A stretch of DNA of 64,000 nucleotides, taken from NCBI GenBank assembly GCA_964016885.1, contig OZ024741.1, positions 168,764,001 through 168,828,000 of the forward strand, given 5' to 3'. A model generated the notes under the pieces. It was not told the origin of the DNA and made no database searches. It saw only the letters and a program-made list of their open reading frames with translations. This document shows positions 1 through 12,483 of the stretch, one piece after another. Numbering within the stretch: the first letter of the stretch is position 1; every line of letters starts with the position of its first letter. The translations under genes and the position numbers were made by a program. This stretch comes from Eledone cirrhosa (Eukaryota).

Positions 1-178
1 TCAAGACAAATCTCACACTCATTCCCCAAACACTTGGTAAGTGCACACAACTTCTTCCTCACGTTTTAAGCCACAGTGTTGCTTACTTACGTACCACCAG
101 ACCCTTACGTCTTTGCCAGCCGTGGTTGTGGCAATACTAGGCTTAGCTAAGGCGGTTATATATTTCACAATATCTTAT

Positions 179-206
179 CCCGTGCAACGCCGAGTACCAC
201 TGCTAG
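179..206 (+). mobile_element. Helitron 3' terminus (element extends upstream)
   Basis: cccgtgcaacgccgagt hairpin-like motif followed after a short spacer by CTAG|T, the typical Helitron 3' end. Confidence 0.6.
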
Positions 207-261
207 TATATAACAAAGCATACTTTTGATTATGTGAATATCTTCATTTGTTAATAATTTG

Positions 262-1055
<794 letters not shown>

Positions 1056-1237
1056 ATATATATATATATACATTAACGGAGGCGTGTAAGTGTGTCTGTG
1101 TGTGTTAGTAATGGAGCCTCTATCGTTTTAATATCCAAGAAACCTCCTATGGAATACAACCTCATGGGAGGTCAGGTAGATCTACATAGATTTGATCGGT
1201 AACAAGATGTATAAATGATTGCATGCAACCGTACATA

Positions 1238-1887
1238 GATGGTGGCTGCCCCCTCGTCATCGAGTATGGCTATTACACGATATAAAATGATTAATAATTA
1301 TTAATTAATGCCATCGTGCACTCTCTGTGCGTGAAGATTTTTTTAAAGTGAGGAAAGACTGTGCACTGAGCCAATCCCACTCTCTGAGCGACAGTAGTTA
1401 TAACCCCAAAAGAAGAAAAGATCAACATCATCGACAACTACAGAACCGCAGGTTTTATGTCGGACTTATCCCAGTTTCCTGAGTTGCCTTCTCCTAGAAG
1501 AATGCCCTGAGAAAGGCTAGTGGTCCTTCACTACCAGTGGTTTAACTGCGCGATCAGGTATCCAGCCCGCCCGATTATTTCTATGTCCCCGTTTCATATG
1601 CATACACATGTACACATGTATATACATATATACACATATATACACATGTATACATATATATATATATATATATATACATATTTACACCTTTTGGGATGGC
1701 CGTTGACTCTTATGAGTTCTTCCGTCCTTTATCAGGTTTTGTTTTTTGTCCTGCAGGCTATCCGAAATCACCCTCCTCACCAAGTAAACTTGGTGGGGTT
1801 GCCGGTTTAGTCACCGACGACCTGACCATGCGAGAGGTTGTACTGGGTTACATGTTACCAGTAGCACTCAAGAGTGACCCGGCATAA
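1238..1887 (-). mobile_element. Non-autonomous RTE-derived retroelement with internal microsatellite
   Basis: Reverse complement of 37470-38095; flanked by cgtacata direct repeat (1230-1237, 1888-1895); 3' end related to 33361-33697. Confidence 0.65.
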
Positions 1888-2599
1888 CGTACATACATAC
1901 ACACATACGCACATACCTACACACACACGTACATACATACATGATAGTACTGCGGTCACCTATCAATACAACGTTCCAGGGAACCTCCTAGGAGAGTGTA
2001 TCTCGTGGGAGGCCAGTTAAACCTACATAAGTCTGATCGTAACATTATTATTGAACTGGAGCCAGTATCATCCCAACAACCAAGAAACCACCTATGAAAT
2101 ACAACATCATAAGAGGCCAGCTAAATTTTCATAGATATGAACTGTAAATTTACTTCTCGTAGAGCAGTAAATATGACCAAAATAACAGAAGAGCTGACCA
2201 AAATTTCAATTACACCATCCATATTCAGATGCATACATAACACAAAGATGGTTATTATATTTCTTTGTAATCATAAGAAATTAATATACAAAGCTTGCAT
2301 AGAGCACAGATGAACGACAGTCTTACCCCTTTTGTTGCTATATTTCCAATCAAATACACTGCCTATGGTTTTGAATTCATTTTGAAAATAATCAAGAAAT
2401 TATAGGGATTGAATAATATAACTCACTTTCTCATTATTAAGCCGATGTTTGGAATAGAACTTAACAAAGGTGCTTATATAAGATTATGATGGAAGGGCTT
2501 TAAGATAAATATAAACTCGTTGGCTTTTAAATTAAAATTAACAGACACAAGGTCTCCAACATCAACGTCTCCACCACCAACACCTCCAACGCCAAGCAC

Positions 2600-4310
2600 G
2601 AAGGCTGCATTGTTATATCAGAGATAAGGTGCATGTTCTAAGACATGAAGGAATAAAAGCCGTTCAATAGGTCCGGATGGTAGAGGCACAGCGTGGAAAC
2701 AAAGCCACAATTTAGTCTTTGGCATACCATGATGAGCTCATGCTACTCCATCCCAAACAGATGTGTGATGCTTTTCGGCAACACTGCTTAATTGTTTAGG
2801 CTGAGTGTTGCAAAAAGCAAATAACCACTGAAATACAGGAAGGGGTGGATGGCTGCACGAAGAGCCTAAATTAATTTTCCTATAAGCTTTACGCATATAT
2901 GCCAACCTTGTTCGGTAACATTTTGGCAGATGTTTACTGCAACAAGCAGCAGAATGGGAGAATCACCATTTCTGTTAGCCAAGGAATGGTAGCGCTACTG
3001 AGAAAGGACCCAAACAAGAGAGATTACAGCGAAAACTTTTGGCCTTAAATCTCTGCCAAATTGTTACAAAATAGGTTGGCGTTTGTCATCGATGTTCTGA
3101 TTGGGCGGGGGGCGCAGAGATGTTCGATCCCAATATTTACCGGTTGTCTTCAAGGTAGCTAGTTTTGGTCCTATCTTCTGAAGCTGGATCGCTGTAATGT
3201 ACAGGGATAAAGGATCAGTGGTCAAAGTAAATGGCTACTTATTGGAGTACTTTAGTATTATGCGCTTGGTCTGTATGATTTGGCTCTAGAGCCATTACTG
3301 CAGAAACTAAAAATGCTGAGGAGTATTGCGTGTGAACTAGGATGCAGAAGATCCATATCTCTTTGATGTACTTGCTTCCTGGTATTTGTACAGTACTGAC
3401 TGCTGCATATGCCAATGTGTTGCCAACATATACCAACATATGATAACGTTCTCGGGCAGACTCTAGGCGTCAATGAAAATCAACTGGCTAATCTCTTCCA
3501 GAGGACATTCGGTTCATGATCTATGGATATATTCCGGGAAATCATGGCCTGATGGTGCTATTGGGAGGCAAAGCTAGTTTAGGATAAACACTACAGGTAT
3601 AGAAGGTCTGTTAGCCGGGCATGTCTAAGATGTACAACAGGGAAACGAAACCATGCTACATGCACCCGTCGAGTACCTGAGTATTGCTGACATGTGAAAT
3701 TATGTTGAACAGCCTGCTATCACATGTAGGATGAATCCAGCTAGCGTTAATTGTGAAGATTGCTGGCCCACCTTCCTTTGACAAGGAATGGCAGGCATGT
3801 TTTTATATCTGATGGCTACATCGAAAGAGTTTATATGGTGGACAGAATTAAAAAGGCTAAATACAGGCACTTTCCTAATTTGCCAAGCCCTCATTGACTT
3901 CATGATCCAGTTAAAATGGAAACTGTGGGTAAAGAGGTAAGTGCCGTCTTCCAGAAAATTCGTTGAAAAGTGAATGAAAGTAGTGATCATGGTCCAAGAG
4001 AATATACCTAATCTGAGTATACATCTCTAGATTAGAGAAAGACAACCCGGAGAAGGCGTTTTACCTCAGTGGTCAAGAGGACTGTGATATTTCGTGGACT
4101 TTTGCACGGGTAGCCCTTGAGAGTTCAATTTATTGGGGATTTTTCTTTGTTTCATTTTATTGATACCTATTTTGTTTTTATTTTTGTTATTTTCTATTTT
4201 TACATATTCATGTAAACCCACACAGTATCGGCATGTATTGTCCTCGATCTTTATGTAAACCCATATGTTTAATAAAGATTTCATTATTACGGCCCATGTG
4301 GCCAATAAAT
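2600..4310 (+). mobile_element. Degraded Tx1/L1-like LINE (RT and C-terminal zinc knuckle)
   Basis: Interrupted peptides GVDG, GMVALLRKDPNKRDYSENFWP, AAYA(D), SRACLRC...ETMLHA; AATAAA then (ATT/ATC)n tail; many stops and frameshifts. Confidence 0.6.
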
Positions 4311-4704
4311 GATATCGTCATTATTATTTTGTCTCATTATCATTTTCATCATCATTATCATTTTTATTATCATAATAATTATTATCGTTATTATTATTAT
4401 TATCATCACAGCTATATCCCTGAAGGCCGAAGCATTTATTTCAGCGGACAGTAAGTCCTCCACTCTCCGTAATGGCGCCTATAAAACATTTCTAAATGTT
4501 CTTTTATTGCAACATTTAATGGTATCATAAAGTAAAATAACACAAATATATTTTGACTCATGAATAATTCAAAGGCACCGCAATTGATTTGTGAGCGGCA
4601 GGAGTATATTATATATGATATCAGCAACTATCTAAATAAGTATTATCGTTTCAATCTCACTACATCAAGGAATTCAGCGTAGACAGCTTATAAAAGTGTT
4701 CTTT

Positions 4705-5030
<326 letters not shown>

Positions 5031-5239
5031 ATATGTGGGCGATGGTATATGTATGCGTATACCATAGGTTAATTGAATAGAAGATACATATAATATGGCA
5101 TAATCCAAGTTTCAAGTTGATATCCGGGAAATTATACGTTAAATATCATTCCCCGAAACAAATAGACAGATAAATAGAAAACTGAATCGATAGAATATAT
5201 ATATATATATATATATACAGGTATATGTGTGTGTGTGTG

Positions 5240-5360
5240 TGTGTAAAAGGTAAACAGAAATAACAACACAATCGGTACAGTATATGGAAGAAATATATTA
5301 GATTAACACTTGACTTATCAGGAAGAGGGTTTTAACGTTTCGGACGCTAGTCCTTATGAA
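5240..5360 (-). mobile_element. Penelope-type terminal fragment with 3' half of a hammerhead
   Basis: Minus strand GGAC-TAGC-GTCC GAAA CG TT without CTGANGA; the same terminus forms a fold-back at 60693-60820. Confidence 0.45.
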
Positions 5361-5939
5361 TAAACATTGTTGTCTCTAATCGAGAAAAAGCGAGAGTGAA
5401 TTCATATAAAAAGGAGAAAACTCATCGCTAAAACATGCGTTAAAACACCTAAATGCTGTCAAAGACAGCGAAGGGCAGAAAATACCTGAGGACAGAGGCC
5501 AGCGGACTGTGGTCGGCAGAGAGCCCATCCACGAGGTGGGTGACGTGCAGATGAAATATAGAAAGGACTGAAAAATGAGGAGTACACGAAGAGTGTCCGC
5601 TTTTCACTTACATATGTTCCCACATTCTACAGCGAGCTTTGGGTGCATCTTAGTGTGCCAGCAGCATTATGGAGTGGGAGTTATTATATCATCGACACAG
5701 ATGAAAATTCCTCCTGACTCTTTGTTTCACAGGTTTTCTATAGTCGGATGCCCTTTTTATCACTTACTCCTTTAGGGAGTGTACTGGGTGTATTTATTGT
5801 GCAGATCATCAACACAAGGGAGGTTGTTGTGCCTTTGACACAACTGAAATATCTTCTCAACTCTTGTTTGCCATGTTTTCTACAGCTCGGTGCTCTTCTC
5901 GTTGTCAACTACTTTACCGTGTGTAGTGAGTACATTTTT

Positions 5940-6135
5940 CGTGGCACCAGCACTAGAGAGGTTGCCGTGTCATGACTCGAGGGTCCTCTCAACCCTTTCT
6001 GGTATGGTTTCTATGGCTGGAAACCTTTCCTAACACAAACAACTTTATACAGTCTACTGGATGCGTTTTATTATAGTACCAGCACTAAGAAGATTGCTGA
6101 GCATTAGCTCAACTGAACAGTCCTCCCAACCCTAT
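5940..6135 (-). mobile_element. Degenerate SINE remnants (Nin-domain-like); similar at 15200-15300
   Basis: tttctatggctggaaacctttcctaacac...cagcactag motif, partly duplicated. Confidence 0.45.
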
Positions 6136-6935
6136 GGGGGATAGGGAGTAAGAAGTATGTCATGGGTGTATGATAGACATTGTGGGAATTGACAAGGTGA
6201 TGAGAGGGGGTGGAGTGATGATCTTAAATATAGTGGGATACAGTGATGATGCGAACAGCTTCCCCAAGGACACGACGTGTCACCAGGAATCAAACACCCA
6301 ACCTTATAATTATGAACAAAACGCTCTTACCACTAAGCATCGTACCATTACATCTTCAGGTCTAGCACACTTATATAACACGTATGTCTGGTATTTTTGT
6401 CTACCAATAAGCAACGAACGAAATATAGAGTTAGTATGAATGAGTGACTAATTTTAATTTCATTACTGTATTCTTAAGTAGGAGGTATATTTCTCCAGAT
6501 ATAATTGCTCCCAAGAGGGAAACTAACTTAATGGTAGTTGTTTGCTTGAAGGGCAACCCTGCTATTTTGTTTGTTTTGTACTCCATTCTCTGCTTCCATT
6601 TTCATTAAACCAAGATCACCTACAGCAGTAGTAGCCATTGTTATTTACAGATTTATCTGACATTCTTTTCATATCGACCTATAATAAATATTTTTCACAT
6701 AGATTTTACTGTTTATTTCTGCAAGACATAAAATTGTGAATTATAATCTGCACCTTTTGCTTTTATATAAGAGTATTGTGTAATTATTTTTGTTATGTTT
6801 TTCCATCCTTGTTTTGTCAAGCTGTATTTTACAACTAGTATTGTTCCCTTCAGCTTTCTCAACTATTTTATCATCAATGTATTTCTCGCAAACATAACTC
6901 TCATCCTCTCTATACATTTGTTGCAAACAGCATAT

Positions 6936-6936
6936 A

Positions 6937-6975
<39 letters not shown>

Positions 6976-6982
6976 GCTACTG

Positions 6983-7037
<55 letters not shown>

Positions 7038-7210
7038 CTCAACCACCACCACTAACAGAACCACTACTACCACCACCACCACCATCACTAAAATTACCAC
7101 AACTGCTATTACCACCACCACCACCACTATCACCACCACTACCACCACCACCATCACTCCAACTACCATAACTCCTATTACCACCACCACATTTGCTGCT
7201 GCTGCTGCTG

Positions 7211-7264
<54 letters not shown>

Positions 7265-7281
7265 ACTAACTAACTAACTAA
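6936..7281. repeat. (TAC)n/(CAC)n/(TGC)n trinucleotide microsatellite
   Basis: Direct observation; source of the poly-Val and poly-Tyr ORFs. Confidence 0.95.
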
Positions 7282-7690
7282 AGTTATCATAATCTTCATC
7301 CTTTGGTGTCCGTTTTTTAATGCTTGGATGGCTTGCTTTCAATCAGACATCCTCTCCACTTGTTTCGTTCCTTTCTTATATGCTCTGATGCATAATAAGA
7401 TACATTTAGTGTACATATAACTAGAGTATATAATCTTCTCTTGTGAAAGTGTAAACACATGTAAAAAATATTCTATTTTTCTTGTGGTACACAGAAAATC
7501 ATATGAAGGTAACCGCTTCGGATTTTCTCATGATTTGTTGCGCATACTTTCTTTTTAATATACAACTTGAGTATAATACAACCTCAGTTACTGAAGCTAA
7601 AAACAGGAACTACATCCTAGTGTATATACCACCCTCCACACACACACACACATACATGCCCGGAGAAGAACCATTATTATGTAAACTTTT

Positions 7691-7850
7691 CGGTGGAAGA
7701 TCGGACGAGATGCTTTGCAGCATAGAGTTACGCCTCTTTACGGTCTGAGTTCGAATCCCGCCGAGGTTAACTTTGTCTTTCATCCTTACGGGGTCGATGA
7801 AATAAAGTACCAGTAATGCACTGGGATAATTGCTGCCAAAAGTAGAAGCA
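7691..7850 (+). mobile_element. 5'-truncated tRNA-derived SINE (Meta-domain type)
   Basis: B-box gagttcgaatccc, ctttcatccttacggggtcgat domain; perfect 18-bp TSD attattatgtaaactttt (7673-7690, 7851-7868). Confidence 0.85.
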
Positions 7851-7930
7851 ATTATTATGTAAACTTTTATGTAATCTTGTAATTCCGATGTCACACATAT
7901 ATTTCATTACAATATCCCGTTCCTCATAAC

Positions 7931-8413
7931 GTAGCAGAAAAACCACCCTTCTGGTGGTTTTCTGCTAGCATGTGTAGTGTGTATATTGATATTATACGCA
8001 AGTATATATACATGTAGATATGATACATCAAATAAAATCGTAATTGACAATATACACAGAAATTGAACGAAAACTGTGTTACACTCTCTTATGTAATCAG
8101 TAACGTAATCCATGATACATTAAAAAAAAGATGATATTATATATAAACTGCATTAGGAGAAAATTAGTGACAGAAAATTAATATGTTTATTTAAGCGATC
8201 GCCACCGGAAGTGTTGACATTTGAAAATTTTAAAGAAGTGAATCTTTAAATAAATAATAAAATATATTTAATGAACAGCAACGAAATTTAGTAGATAAAT
8301 TATGTAATATTCATTCATTATTTATTCAAAGTAATCCAACTTATTTTACTAATGTGATAACAAATTATAAACCGTACGCAATCCCGCGCTTCTTACTTTA
8401 TTATAGTTTAGAT
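7931..8413 (-). mobile_element. Non-autonomous Helitron
   Basis: Minus strand starts ATCTAAACTATAATAAAG; hairpin agcagaaaaaccacc...ggtggttttctgctag at 7933-7968; homologous to 12348-12483 plus 14521-14605. Confidence 0.6.
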
Positions 8414-9060
8414 TACTAGCAGAAAAAGGAGAAAATTAGCGACAGAAATATAAACGTTATATAACGTTATATAACGTTAACACCTAATAGCAATTTTGCC
8501 ATTTGGATTAAGTATTTTTATGCTCGGCAAACATTTCTGAAAACGTTTTATACGACCACCCTCTTCTTTTTTGCCTTTAATTTCAGTTCAAATTTGTTCG
8601 TATTATACTTGAGAAAATACGGTATATATTCGGTAAGGATCCTTATTCCACAATCCATACCGTCCTCTATGCACCCGCAAGCTTTTTCATGACCCATATT
8701 TTGTAGAGTTTTTCTCACTTGTCGCACATAAACATACAGGCAAACAGAGCCATGGAAAGCGAAATTCAGAGATCGATAAACTAAGTAATAGGTTAAAATA
8801 ATTACTGTTATCGATGTATACGACTAAACTTTTCATAGTGACACGTCAGGCCTGTCACAGTGCAATATCTGAAAACAGTAATGAAATTTATTGCAAAAAG
8901 AATAGATATGTATTTCAAATACCAACGAGATGCGAGAAAAACCACAAACCCTCCAGCTCAATTCTACTTTTGAAAAGCATAAGAACTATGAAACCAGTAG
9001 AGGAAACAAATATAAACTTTCTTAAAAAGTCTCTAGTTGCATTTTCGATTTCTTTTCCTC

Positions 9061-9106
<46 letters not shown>

Positions 9107-9740
9107 CTTGGTGCTCCTACATAGCGATATACATATAAATCTACGTATTGTATATTGAAAAGTATACGGGATGGTGATGGTGGTAGGGATTATCGTTTGG
9201 TCGTGATGATGATGGAATAAATGTGTATTATATCTTGAATGATTGAGCGAGTCCACGGTGTTGAACTTGTGCTGTCGTTGGCTTCCTCTTGTTTATAGTG
9301 ATAACTGCTGCCTGTCACGCTGACTGCTGGATCATCACCTGTGAGTGAAACCGGTTGCCTTCTTCGACCGAAGATGCTGGGTCACTGACGAAAATATTCG
9401 CCATTTTCTTCTAAGAAAACGGAGAGAAATAACGGAAATACAAGATCTTTAAAAGAAGATTGGTTGCGGACCAGAGATAAAACGCCACTGCCACATTGCA
9501 CTGGCGACCACGTAAGGGACCACTCAGGAGCATATAGGGGATATTTATGAGAAACATTTGAAGGCCTTTCGCTATGAATTTAAGGTTGTAACCATCCTCA
9601 TATACCTAGCTTCAACAAAAACAAGAGGAAATAATCGACGATGCAATCGTTTCTCATTTGTTAATGTTTATCAAGATTACATATCCCTGCCATTGTTGAA
9701 GCTGAAGTAAGCTAGATTCCTATACAATTCTGCTGATGAA
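9107..9740 (-). mobile_element. Retrozyme-like unit, family C (interrupted by an insertion at about 9173-9532)
   Basis: Inverted homolog of 9745-10095. Confidence 0.6.
9608..9703 (-). ncRNA. Hammerhead ribozyme, type I, U3-A8 core variant
   Basis: Minus strand AGCTTCAACAA..GTAATC TTGATAA A-CATT-AACA-AATG-A GAAA CGAT-TGC-ATCG TC| GATTA..TTGTTGAAGCT. Confidence 0.7.
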
Positions 9741-9744
9741 TCTT

Positions 9745-10095
9745 CATAAACATCCCGAATATTATTCAATATACAAAACGTACATTTATATGTATATCGC
9801 TATGTAGGAGCGCCAATACATATCTTTAATTTAACCTCTCCGTATGCAAATGAGTTTCATCAACTCATAAACATAAGTATAAGCATAATTCTATAAGAAT
9901 CTAGCGCACGTTAGCTTCAGCAAAGTCAGGAAGATATGTAATCTCAATAAACACCAACAAGTGAGAAACGATTGCATCGTCGATTACATCCCTGTTTTTG
10001 CTGAAGCTAGGTATGTGACGTTGGTCACAACCTTAACATTTATAGCGAAAGGCCTTCAAATGTTTTCACATAAACATCTCGTATATTCAATATAT
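9745..10095 (+). mobile_element. Retrozyme-like unit, family C, ~324-nt monomer with terminal redundancy
   Basis: cataaacatc..cg.atat..tcaatata at both 9745-9773 and 10069-10095; octamer at 9844-9851; degenerate hammerhead 9913-10008 (core TCAATAA, stems intact). Confidence 0.65.
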
Positions 10096-10100
10096 ATATA

Positions 10101-10336
10101 TAACATTAATAAAGATGCTGATGTTACATGAATTGTTTATTCATTATAATTATTTCAACGGTTCCCCCGACTGCTGGACGCACGGCGTCATATCACAAAA
10201 TCCAATTTCATCTGAGGATACCGTTTTCATAACAACGAAAGAATGCATGAATTACATCTTGATTGCATGGGAGAACCGCTGAAATAATTATAATGAATAA
10301 ACGATTTATATAACATCAGCATCTTAATTAATGTTA
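10101..10336. repeat. Fold-back element (arms about 10101-10167 and 10269-10336)
   Basis: Inverted arms around a degenerate CTGAGGA...GAAA motif. Confidence 0.6.
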
Positions 10337-10456
10337 CTAACAGAAAAACCGCCCTGCGGGCGGTTTTCTGCTGGTATATTTAATATGCATATTGGTATTA
10401 TACCCAAATATATATGCGTATATATATATGTAAATTGAAAAGTAGATTGACAATAT

Positions 10457-11080
10457 CTTCTTCACCCACTTATTTCTGAGAGGGTCGTGGGGGCAGAGTC
10501 CTTCTCAAACACTCCTTCCAGCGAGTCTTTCTGTAGCAAACATCTCTAACTGATCCAGCTGGATCCCAAAGTGTGACCAGCCAAGCTCATGGATGTTATC
10601 CAACTATCTAGCTCATGGTCTGCCTCTTGGTCTCTTGCCGGTTGGTTTTTACCTGTAAAATGTGTCCAGCGATTCTTTACTGAAACATTCTAACCACATG
10701 CATCGGAGTTTTGATCTCTCAATTCGGAGAAGAAGCGGCTCTACCAGGAGTGACTCTCTGGTCTCTGAGTTATGCACTTTATCGAGTAACGTTACTCCAA
10801 AGACCATTCGGAGGAATACCATTTCTGCCGCTTTTATTTGCAATTGTATTCTTTTGGTCATTACTCAAGATTCATGATCCTCGGTAAGAGCTGGCAGGAA
10901 TACCAGGAAGACAGCGAGTTTGGCTTTTACACCTTTCTTCTGATTGCTGAGGCTGGCGCATTACTACATCATCTTTTGCAATTCTTGCACTTAATTCAGC
11001 CTCCTGCATTCCATCACTCATGAACACGGCTCCAAGATACTTGAACTTCGCTAACTGCTTCAGTAGAACTCCATTCACAT
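10457..11080 (-). mobile_element. RTE LINE 3' fragment
   Basis: KFKYLGAVF, MTKRIQLQIKAAEMVFLRMVFGVTLLDKVHNSETRESL; GAA tail; same family as 44209-44818. Confidence 0.85.
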
Positions 11081-11278
11081 GTATATAAATTTGAAATACT
11101 TCTGTCCACCCGTCCATCACACAATGTGTATGCGTGTTTGTGTGAATGTATGTGTTTAAAAGGAAGGAAAGGATACACATATATATGTCTAACTTAAAAA
11201 CAGTGACACACACGTATCTCTAATTTAAGAACACCGACACACTCACGTGCGCGACTGTCCTGTTACCACTTAAGAGCT

Positions 11279-11957
11279 TTGGCCCGGGCAAACATCCACT
11301 CTATTTTGAAATCGTCTGGGTTGTCCAGAATTGATGGGAAAAGACTTGACGGTCTTACTGTGTACTCCTGGTCAAGAGGCAGGTGCCTTACCTGGGACGT
11401 TACAGTTAGTGACTCTTTTGCTTCTTCCCACATCCTTGGTGTAGCGGTAAGGGCGAGAGCTACAGCATCCGCTGTACGGAACAAAATCCTAAAATACCGT
11501 GTTCTGTCAGCTAACTACATTATCCAGCCTGTGGCGTTCGAGACGTTTGGGGAAGTCGGGCTACTGGCAGCGAGGTTCTTATCTTTACTGGCGGCTCGCC
11601 AGACAGAGGTAACTGGTGATACTCGTGAGGGCACTTGGTTGTTCCAGCACCTCAGCCTCGCCATCACCTGGTTTGTCTCAAAAATTATTAGAGAGGTTTC
11701 CCATTGCTCCTCGCTATATTGCTATCTTTTGCTCTGGTAGCGGCTCGTTTCCACTCTTTCGCCTGCATTTTGTTCTATGTGGTCTAAGATGTGTGTATTA
11801 CCTCCTTGTGTATTTTTCTCTTTTTTTTCCCTTTCGCTTTCCTTTGTATATATTATATTTGTTAGTGTTTCCGTTCTGTAATCGTTATATTAAATTTTTA
11901 TACAAATGAGTTTTTTAAAAAAAGAGTTAGACTGTGTTGTTAATAAATAAATAAAAA
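11279..11957 (+). mobile_element. CRE-like non-LTR retrotransposon 3' end (restriction-like endonuclease)
   Basis: DGKRLDGLT..W..G..LTWDVTV...KILKY...PVAFETFG...GDTREGTWLFQHLS; 3' UTR ending in repeated AATAAA. Confidence 0.75.
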
Positions 11958-12483
11958 GTTGTACTTTTACCCTCCCATTTCCAATTCACCGAACGCTATC
12001 ATGACTGTATGGCTGTATGTGTGTGTTTGTCTAAATGTATATATGTGAATGTGTGTTTGTGTGAATGTGTGTATTTGTTTGTGTGAAGGTATGTGTATTT
12101 GTGGAATGTATGTCCGTAAGCCTGTATTTTTGTAAGTTTCTGTTTGCACGATTATAGTTATATACTCATAATAGTTATATACTCATAATAGTTATATACT
12201 CATACATATAGATGTATGTATGTGCACATACACACACATACGCGTCAGCGTGTTGAAAATCATAATCACTCTATCAGTATATCTCTCATCACACACTCTC
12301 TCTTTCTATATATATGATAGATGAAGTAGCGATGGTGGCGGCGATATACCGGAAGTGTAGAAATTTGAAACTTTGAAAAGAAGTCAATTTTAAATAAGCA
12401 ATAAAATTATTTATATTAATATTTATATTAAATTTTATTTAGTACATAAATTATGTAATATTCATTCATTATTTATTCAAAGT

